Shown piece by piece: positions 1-6,529 of a stretch of DNA of 28,944 nucleotides. A model generated the notes under the pieces. The model was not told where the DNA came from. It did no database searches and saw only the letters and a program-made list of their open reading frames with translations. Origin of the DNA: an uncultured Candidatus Saccharibacteria bacterium (GTDB lineage Bacteria; Patescibacteriota; Dojkabacteria; SC72). The position numbers and the translations under genes are program-made. The stretch spans positions 1-28,944 of the forward strand of contig CAZHSU010000001.1 in assembly GCA_964535095.1 (NCBI GenBank), in the 5' to 3' direction. Positions within the stretch are counted from its first letter, which is position 1. Every line of letters starts with the position of its first letter.

Positions 1-1553
1 ACCTTTTTATAGCAGTAAATTTTGTCACCTTCTCTTGCTTCGATTGTCCCATCAACAAGCTGAATTCCACATTCAAAACCAGCTTTTACCTCACTTACCT
101 TATCTTTATTTATTCTCAAACTCTTTACCTTGCTTTCCCCTACAATCTCATCATTTCTCACTACATATATCTTACAATCCTGCTTCATAATCCCTTTATC
201 TACCTTACTTCCCAATACTACACTACCATCTGAGAGGGTAAATATTGTCCTAATAGTGGCATCTCCTATTTCTTCTTCTACCTCTTGAGGAAGTGCCATC
301 AATGTTAAAGCCTCCTTGATTTCTTCAAAAATTCTGTAAATGATGTCATAGGTCTTTACTAGCACTCTGTTTTTCTTAGCATAATCTTCCACTCCAGCTT
401 CAATCCCAACCTCAAAACCAAGAATAATTGCTTTGGAAAGGCCTGCAAGCTCAACATCCCTTAAAGCAATATTGCCAACACCAGAGTCAACAATCTTCAC
501 ACTATAATCTTCCTCAACAATCTTGCTTAGTGTGTTTTTAATTGCCTCTAGAGATCCCTCTGAAGAACTTTTTACAATTACATTAAGAGTTCCTCCCTCT
601 TCTCCTTTGCTCTCACTTGTATCAAAGAAATCTTCCAATGACATCTCTGTTGCCTCCACAATACTCTGTTTCTCAATTTTAATAATTGTTTCTAAGAGTT
701 TTTTATCGTTTTTTGCAAGAAGGTATCCCTCTGTTCCGAGTTCCAAAAGATGTGAAAGACCAATGATTTTACCTCCACAGCCACAGTCGAAAAGACAGAT
801 GGGCTTGCCATCTTCTGTAACCATTCCTTTTACCTTTTCTAAATATAACTTGTCATCTACTTTGTAGCCAAACCAATTTCCCTGACAGATTGAACCATAA
901 GAGAGAACAATTGAAGAGACATTCCCTTTATATTTGTCTTTAACAGATTCTAATACAAATGCTTTTCCTAAAATTGCATTTGGTAATTTTTCAACTTCTC
1001 TTAGACCTTCAACTTCTGCGACAAGAAGAATTAAGTCTAGAAGTTCAGGAATTCCTTTTCCTGTTCTACCAGAGACTTCGAGAACAGGGATTGTTCCTCC
1101 CATTCCTTCTATTTGAAGTCCTGCATTCACAATATCTCTTTTGATTTTTTCCACATCTACATCTGGAAGATCTATTTTGTTAATGACAACTATTGGTTTA
1201 GCTGTGGAATTTTTGATTATTTCTATAGATTCTTTTGTTTGAGGTTGTACACCATCGTTTGCGGCAACGATTAGAAGTACAATATCTGCAATAGTGCCAC
1301 CTCTTGATCTCATAAGGTCGAAGGCTTCATGACCGGGAGTGTCGATAAAGGTTATCTTTTTATCTTTGCCATCTAGGTTTACTGTAAAGACAGAAACCTT
1401 CTGTGTAATACCTCCTGCTTCCACACTCTGGACATCGCTCTTCCTTATTTTGTCTAAAATCGTAGTTTTCCCATGATCCACATGCCCCAAAATAGTGACA
1501 ACTGGTGTTCTTAGGATATTCTTCTGTTTTGTGTTTGCAGAACTCTTCGCCAT
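1..1553 (-). CDS. infB: Translation initiation factor IF-2, short form; 3' end runs off the window
   Basis: Not in the ORF track because there is no stop in the window. Hand translation from ATG 1553: MAKSSANTKQKNILRTPVVTILGHVDHGKTT...DTPGHEAF...NKID...GFECGIQLVDGTIEAREGDKIYCYKK. G1/G3/G4 motifs and IF2 C2 end present; directly downstream of nusA. Confidence 0.97.
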   Translation of the reverse strand, partial: MAKSSANTKQKNILRTPVVTILGHVDHGKTTILDKIRKSDVQSVEAGGITQKVSVFTVNLDGKDKKITFIDTPGHEAFDLMRSRGGTIADIVLLIVAANDGVQPQTKESIEIIKNSTAKPIVVINKIDLPDVDVEKIKRDIVNAGLQIEGMGGTIPVLEVSGRTGKGIPELLDLILLVAEVEGLREVEKLPNAILGKAFVLESVKDKYKGNVSSIVLSYGSICQGNWFGYKVDDKLYLEKVKGMVTEDGKPICLFDCGCGGKIIGLSHLLELGTEGYLLAKNDKKLLETIIKIEKQSIVEATEMSLEDFFDTSESKGEEGGTLNVIVKSSSEGSLEAIKNTLSKIVEEDYSVKIVDSGVGNIALRDVELAGLSKAIILGFEVGIEAGVEDYAKKNRVLVKTYDIIYRIFEEIKEALTLMALPQEVEEEIGDATIRTIFTLSDGSVVLGSKVDKGIMKQDCKIYVVRNDEIVGESKVKSLRINKDKVSEVKAGFECGIQLVDGTIEAREGDKIYCYKK

Positions 1554-1574
1554 TCAGCTATTCCCAAACTAAAA

Positions 1575-2756
1575 TTACTTTTCTTCTGTTTTTTCCTCTT
1601 CTTCTACCTTTTCCTCAGTCTTGGTTTCCTCAACTACTGCATCTTCCTCTGTTTTTACTTCTTCTACTACTGGCTCTTCATCTTTTTCCCCCTCTACCTT
1701 CTTCTCCTCTATTGCATCTGGATCTGCAGGAACAATATCTATCTTGTAGCCTGTCAATTTCCATGCAAGTCTTACATTCTGTCCCTCCCTACCGATAGCT
1801 AAAGATAGCTGATCATTTGGAACAGTAACAGTTGCTACCTCATTATCTATCTTCACATCATCAATCTTTGCAGGGCTTAATGAATTTGCAACAAATTTCT
1901 CTGCATCTGAATCCCATTCGATGATATCTATTTTTTCTTCACCTAACTCATTCATTACATTTGCAATTCTAATACCTCTCTGACCAACACATGAACCAAT
2001 TGGATCTACACCTTCCTGATGTGAGACTACTGCCATTTTGCTTCTAGAACCTGCTTCTCTTGCAATTGCTTTAACTTCCAAAACTCCAGATTCTATCTCT
2101 GGTACCTCAAGTTTGAACAAGCCTACTAAGAAATCTGGATCTGACCTAGAAACAATCATTTGTGAATCTACAATATCTTTTAGCAATACCTTATATCTAT
2201 CTCCTAATCTGTAAAATTCATTAGAAATCTGCTCTTCTGGAGGCATAATTGCTGTTGCTTTTGCAATTTCAAAAATTCCTTCACCTCTTTGCATTCTCTG
2301 CATAAGGGCTGTGAAAATTTCTCCAACTTTATCGCTATACTCGCTAATAACTGCCTCTTTCTCGGATTCTCTAATCTTCTGCAAAATCACCTGTTTTGCT
2401 GTTTGTGCAGCAATTCTTCCAAAATCTTCAGATGGCATCTCTATCTGAATAGCATCACCAACATCTACATTTGGTGAAATCATTTCAGCTTCAGAAAGAG
2501 AAATTTCTCTCTCTCCATCTTTAACTTTTTTAACAACTTCTTTTGTTGCAATTAGCTTGAACTCGCCTGTTTCTCTATTTAACTCCACAGACCAGTTTGG
2601 CTGACTCTCTTCTTCTGGTGCATCCAATCCAAATTTCTCCTTTTTAAATGCAACAAGAATCGCTTCTTCCAATGCTTGGAAAATCTCTTCTTTTTCTATT
2701 CCTCTCTCTGCAGCTATCTGATTAATTGCAGTGATGAATTCTGTAGTCATTGACAT
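1575..2756 (-). CDS. nusA: Transcription termination/antitermination factor NusA (about 393 aa, acidic C-tail)
   Basis: NTD, S1 and two KH domains (AREAGSRSKMAV, GSCVGQRG, LSLAIGREGQNVRLAWKLTG). Start moved from 2786 to ATG 2756 (MSMTTEF), matching the usual NusA N-terminus; 2750 is also possible. Confidence 0.97.
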   Translation of the reverse strand: MSMTTEFITAINQIAAERGIEKEEIFQALEEAILVAFKKEKFGLDAPEEESQPNWSVELNRETGEFKLIATKEVVKKVKDGEREISLSEAEMISPNVDVGDAIQIEMPSEDFGRIAAQTAKQVILQKIRESEKEAVISEYSDKVGEIFTALMQRMQRGEGIFEIAKATAIMPPEEQISNEFYRLGDRYKVLLKDIVDSQMIVSRSDPDFLVGLFKLEVPEIESGVLEVKAIAREAGSRSKMAVVSHQEGVDPIGSCVGQRGIRIANVMNELGEEKIDIIEWDSDAEKFVANSLSPAKIDDVKIDNEVATVTVPNDQLSLAIGREGQNVRLAWKLTGYKIDIVPADPDAIEEKKVEGEKDEEPVVEEVKTEEDAVVEETKTEEKVEEEEKTEEK

Positions 2757-2802
2757 AATATGAAATAATTCAAAGTTTATATACATTAAGATAGGAAATC
2801 TT

Positions 2803-2834
2803 AAAAAAAAAGGTGAGTTTTATCCTCACCCTTT
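2803..2834 (-). terminator. Intrinsic terminator between dnaJ and nusA
   Basis: Minus strand reads AAAG-GGTGAG-GATAAAA-CTCACC-TTTTTTTTT: 6-bp GC-rich stem, 7-nt loop, 9-U tract. Confidence 0.85.
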
Positions 2835-2858
2835 CCTTCGTATTACTTTCCTATTTAT

Positions 2859-2888
2859 AGTATAGCATACTTGGGACCTTGATAGCAA
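2859..2888 (-). promoter_or_regulatory. Sigma70-type promoter for nusA-infB, upstream of the terminator
   Basis: Minus strand TTGCTA-18 nt-TATACT with TG extension (TGCTATACT, 2867..2859). Confidence 0.6.
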
Positions 2889-2891
2889 ACA

Positions 2892-3986
2892 CTAAGGTCT
2901 TAACTGCTCCCAAAGTTCTTTTTCTGCTCTGCTTAGTCTCCTTGGGATTTCAATACGAACTCTTACATAATGATCTCCCCTCTCCTTAGGAGAATTGAGT
3001 AATGGTGCTCCCTTACCCTTTAATTTGAAGATTGTACCTGGTTGTGTACCCTTAGGAATTTTCAATTTCACTTCTTCAAAAATTGTTTCAACCTTAACAA
3101 CATCTCCTAGAACAGCAGATGATACTGGAATCTCCAAATCTGTATAGATATTATTCCCTCTTCTTTCAAACTTAGGAGATGCCTCGACATTAACCTCTAT
3201 ATACAAATCCCCTGTTGCTCCACCATTCTTACCTGCATTACCACCTCCTCTAAATCTCAAAATCATGCCCTCATATGCTCCTGCTGGAACCTTAATACTA
3301 ATATCTTCTTCCACATACTTAAGACCACTCCCTTCACACTTACTACATGGGTCCTCTATAACAGAACCTGTGCCTCCACAATTCTGACATACTCCCATAA
3401 TTGCAATCTGTCCAAAGACCGTATTTCTCACTTGTTGACTCTGTCCAGTTCCCTTACATACAGGACACACTTTTTTCTTGCCAGATTCACTTCCTGAGCC
3501 TTTACATTTATCACATCTGTCTTCTTTCCTCACCTTTAGCTTAAAATCTCCACCTTTCATAGCTTCTTCAAAACTCAAGCTAATCCTATATCTAATATCT
3601 GAACCTGTATTATCCACCTGTCTGCCTTCTCCACCAAAGTCAAAACCACCTCCCATACCACCTGGCATACCTCCTCCAAAGAAGGTATTGAAAATATCTC
3701 CCATATCAAAGGGAGCTCCACCATTAAAATCCGTGTATCCACCAGAAGAACCTGGGTTAAAACCTGCTGTTCCAGCATGTCCAAATTGGTCGTAAGCAGA
3801 CCTCTTAGAATCATCGGAAAGCACCTCATATGCCTCTTGCACCTCCTTAAATTTCTCCTCAGCATCAGCCTCCTTATTCACATCAGGATGATATTTCTTT
3901 ACCAATTTTCTATATGCTTTTTTAATATCTGAAGCAGAGGATTTTTTATCAACCCCCAAAACTTCATAATAATCTCTTTTTTCCAT
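2892..3986 (-). CDS. dnaJ: Molecular chaperone DnaJ
   Basis: J-domain with HPD, G/F-rich linker, four CxxCxGxG zinc-finger repeats ([32 protein letters not shown]), C-terminal substrate domain. Confidence 0.98.
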   Translation of the reverse strand: MEKRDYYEVLGVDKKSSASDIKKAYRKLVKKYHPDVNKEADAEEKFKEVQEAYEVLSDDSKRSAYDQFGHAGTAGFNPGSSGGYTDFNGGAPFDMGDIFNTFFGGGMPGGMGGGFDFGGEGRQVDNTGSDIRYRISLSFEEAMKGGDFKLKVRKEDRCDKCKGSGSESGKKKVCPVCKGTGQSQQVRNTVFGQIAIMGVCQNCGGTGSVIEDPCSKCEGSGLKYVEEDISIKVPAGAYEGMILRFRGGGNAGKNGGATGDLYIEVNVEASPKFERRGNNIYTDLEIPVSSAVLGDVVKVETIFEEVKLKIPKGTQPGTIFKLKGKGAPLLNSPKERGDHYVRVRIEIPRRLSRAEKELWEQLRP

Positions 3987-3994
3987 AGCGAGTC

Positions 3995-4003
3995 ATTTTA
4001 GCA
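3995..4003 (-). promoter_or_regulatory. Extended -10 element of dnaJ (near-leaderless)
   Basis: Minus strand TG-C-TAAAAT followed by 8 nt and the dnaJ ATG. Confidence 0.6.
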
Positions 4004-4024
4004 GAACTCCCTCCCAATTGCTAG
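3998..4024. promoter_or_regulatory. CIRCE-like (HrcA operator) inverted repeat
   Basis: TTAGCAGAA-N9-AATTGCTAG. It has the 9-9-9 geometry of TTAGCACTC-N9-GAGTGCTAA with the outer TAGCA/TGCTA arms intact and the inner triplets diverged. Lies 11 nt upstream of a heat-shock gene. Confidence 0.6.
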
Positions 4025-4035
4025 CCCCTCCACCA

Positions 4036-4239
4036 ACCTGGTCGGAGTATTTTGATTGATACAACAAACCTACTCATACATATCCACAGTTTTTTTAATA
4101 CACTAGAAGATATAAAAAATTGCAATCAAAATTAGAAATGCTTTTGCGATACAATATCCATTTCCCTATAATAATGTTAAAATACCATGAAAAGCTACAA
4201 TTATGCCAGTCCCAATAAGCATTTCTAAGCCGACCAGGT
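4036..4239. other. 204-nt element of three nested perfect inverted repeats (three-way junction); candidate structured ncRNA or miniature element
   Basis: ACCTGGTCGG 4036-4045 / CCGACCAGGT 4230-4239; TTTTGATTG 4050-4058 / CAATCAAAA 4123-4131; TTAGAAATGCTT 4132-4143 / AAGCATTTCTAA 4217-4228. The pairing is directly visible; the function is unknown. Confidence 0.6.
4144..4172 (+). promoter_or_regulatory. Candidate sigma70 promoter inside the structured element
   Basis: TTGCGA-17 nt-TATAAT. Confidence 0.45.
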
Positions 4240-4243
4240 CTGT

Positions 4244-4271
4244 TTTACTTCTTTTCAAAATCTGCTATATT
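4244..4271 (+). promoter_or_regulatory. Leaderless-type promoter of the sortase gene
   Basis: TTTACT-16 nt-TATATT with TG extension (TGCTATATT), 7 nt before ATG 4279. Confidence 0.55.
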
Positions 4272-4278
4272 AGAAGAT

Positions 4279-5067
4279 ATGGAAAATCCATGGAATATTG
4301 AAACAGAAAACACAAAAAAGATAAAAAATACAAGAATCGTAATCTCTGTGGTGCTTGCTTTTGCAGGATTAGGAATAATTGCTAGTCAAGTAATACCATT
4401 AGTTAAGTCATATATAGATGGTGAAATAATGCAGATGCGAGGGGAAATTAAGGTAGAGCCCGTACCAGAGTCATACAAGAAATTCATTGAAAATGAATTC
4501 GCATACTATGACCCTGGTGGTAGTTATTTTTCCAACCTCGCCAAACAACTCGGCGTCCTAGGAATCTCCTCATATGCAAGCGAAAATGCAGGGTACAAAA
4601 CAAGCAAAATAGACACCTCATATGACAAAAATATGTACATAACAATAGATAGTGTTGGGATTAAAAATATTAAAATTTCTGCAAATGTAGAAAGCAAAGA
4701 TGAAGAGGTATACAACAAATTTCTCAAATCTGGAGTTGCACACTTTAGAGGTACCCCACTCCCCGGAGATGGTGGAAACTCATTCATATACGGACATAGT
4801 GCGGTAGAAGCCTTTTTCAGCAGACACAAAGACTATCCAGAAACAATTTTTTCGAGGCTAGACAATATAGATGTAGGACAAAAAATCCAGATACAAAAAG
4901 ATGGTGAGATTCTAGAATATGTTGTCCGAAACAAGAAAATTGTAGAGCCAACAGATTTCACAATACTCCAACCAATTCAAGACAAAGAGAATGTAACTCT
5001 CATGACATGTTGGCCACTTGGAATTGGTACAAAAAGGCTAATTGTCGTAGCAGAGAGAAAGATTTAA
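4279..5067 (+). CDS. Sortase family transpeptidase
   Basis: N-terminal TM helix; catalytic His (FIYGHS), TLMTC and Arg (TKRLIV) in sortase order. Confidence 0.92.
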   Translation: MENPWNIETENTKKIKNTRIVISVVLAFAGLGIIASQVIPLVKSYIDGEIMQMRGEIKVEPVPESYKKFIENEFAYYDPGGSYFSNLAKQLGVLGISSYASENAGYKTSKIDTSYDKNMYITIDSVGIKNIKISANVESKDEEVYNKFLKSGVAHFRGTPLPGDGGNSFIYGHSAVEAFFSRHKDYPETIFSRLDNIDVGQKIQIQKDGEILEYVVRNKKIVEPTDFTILQPIQDKENVTLMTCWPLGIGTKRLIVVAERKI

Positions 5068-5083
5068 GTTAAAAAACAAAAAT

Positions 5084-6511
5084 ATGTCAGATTTTTTTAA
5101 TAGTGTGCCAGATACTTCAATAAGTACAGCAGAACCAATAAAGAAAAAAACCAAATTCCCTATCCCTATTCTAATATTAGGAGGTGTTGTCATTCTGGTC
5201 ATAATCCTTCTAGTTGTCCTCTTTATTTCCAATGCAAATAAAAATAAAAATGGAAATCCAAGCCCAAATCCAAGTAACTCATCAACCAGCAGTAGCAGTA
5301 ATGCAGACTTAATATATTGGGGATTATGGGAACCGAAAGAAGTAATGGAACCACTAATAAAAGAATTTGAGGAGAAAAATCCTGGAATAAAAATCCAATA
5401 TTCCCAACAGAGATACTCTAAATACGAGTCAAGAGTATATACAAGACTACAACAAGCAACATCATCTTCAGAACCAGCTCCAGATATCATAAGAATACAT
5501 AATACTTGGGTACCTAAATTCAGCAAATACATAACCTCCGTTCCTACCAATGTAATGAGCAGAGAAGAGTATTCACAAAAATTCTACCCAACCGCATTGG
5601 AAGATTTCACAGGTAAAGATGGAAAACTCTATGCAATTCCATGGGAAATTGATGGATTAATGGTCTTCTACAACAAGCAACTCTTACAAAAAGAAGGTGT
5701 CCAAGAGCCACCAAAGGACTGGGACTCATTCATTGAATTAGCATACAAACTTACAAAGAAAAGTAGCTCTGGGAATATAGAGCAGTCTGGCTTGGCAATT
5801 GGAACAGCAAAGAATATACAGCACTCCGCAGAAATACTCTCCTTCCTCTTACTCCAAGAAGGAGTCGATATTATTGATGAAACAAGAACAACGGTTTCTT
5901 TAAATAATTCCAAAGCTATTAGTGTATTTGAAACTTACACAAACTTCGCAAAAGGGGAAGATGCAATATGGACATCCTCTCTAAGAAGCGATTTGGAAAT
6001 GTTCTATTCAGGAAAACTTGCAATGATGATTGCACCAAGTTGGAGAGCATTTGACATCATAAATTCAAATTCTACAATAGAATTTGGAACTGCTTCACTC
6101 CCACAATTAACAGCAAATGAAAACAAAATATATTACTCCACATATTGGGGAGATACTGTAAGTAAAAGTAGCAAAAACCCAGAAGCTGCATGGAAATTCA
6201 TTGCATTCCTTTCAGAAAAAGAGCAACAGAAGAAGATTTTCTCTAATTCCATAACAGCAGGACAGAGAGCATTTGGAGAACCTTACTCACTAGTTGAACT
6301 AAATAGCGAAATGAAGACAAAAGCATATATCAAACCTATTGCAGAGATGGCACCATATATGAAGTCATGGCAAATGGGTGATGAGACAAATGTAAAGACT
6401 TATTTGAATGAAGCAGTAACATCTATAATAGAAAGAAATACAAGAGTCAACACTGCTCTGAAGGATGCTGAAACCAAAATTAATGAACAACTTGCACAAA
6501 CGAACAAATAA
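5084..6511 (+). CDS. Extracellular solute-binding protein (carbohydrate ABC-type fold), TM-anchored
   Basis: TM helix IPILILGGVVILVIILLVVLFI, Asn/Ser linker, then SBP motifs (LIYWGLW, PDII, LYAIPWEIDGLMVFYNKQLL, PPKDWDSF, FYSGKLAMMI, AAWKFIAFL). No lipobox Cys. Confidence 0.88.
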   Translation: MSDFFNSVPDTSISTAEPIKKKTKFPIPILILGGVVILVIILLVVLFISNANKNKNGNPSPNPSNSSTSSSSNADLIYWGLWEPKEVMEPLIKEFEEKNPGIKIQYSQQRYSKYESRVYTRLQQATSSSEPAPDIIRIHNTWVPKFSKYITSVPTNVMSREEYSQKFYPTALEDFTGKDGKLYAIPWEIDGLMVFYNKQLLQKEGVQEPPKDWDSFIELAYKLTKKSSSGNIEQSGLAIGTAKNIQHSAEILSFLLLQEGVDIIDETRTTVSLNNSKAISVFETYTNFAKGEDAIWTSSLRSDLEMFYSGKLAMMIAPSWRAFDIINSNSTIEFGTASLPQLTANENKIYYSTYWGDTVSKSSKNPEAAWKFIAFLSEKEQQKKIFSNSITAGQRAFGEPYSLVELNSEMKTKAYIKPIAEMAPYMKSWQMGDETNVKTYLNEAVTSIIERNTRVNTALKDAETKINEQLAQTNK

Positions 6512-6529
6512 ACAGTATTATATTGTATA

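Noticed and set aside
523-1798. Plus-strand ORFs 523-867, 934-1116, 959-1144, 1505-1798
   Set aside because: Antisense shadows of infB/nusA; no motifs.
2757-2786. Track start of nusA at 2786
   Set aside because: The extra 10 aa do not resemble NusA; ATG 2756 fits better.
4025-4035. CCCCTCCACCA resembling a tRNA/tmRNA 3' end
   Set aside because: No T-arm (GTTCRA) upstream and no matching 5' acceptor strand.
4080-4088. ATATCCACA, 8/9 DnaA-box match (a similar one near 19167-19175)
   Set aside because: Isolated boxes, no cluster, no dnaA/dnaN nearby; not evidence of oriC.
4227-4246. Minus-strand AACAGACCTGGTCGGCTTAG resembling the RNase P RNA 3' consensus
   Set aside because: Spacing is wrong and no GAGGAAAGTCC-like 5' motif lies upstream on that strand.
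4187-4301. Tiny plus-strand ORFs (13 aa from 4187, 32 aa from 4203) as leader peptides
   Set aside because: No RBS, no regulatory codon runs, no associated terminator.
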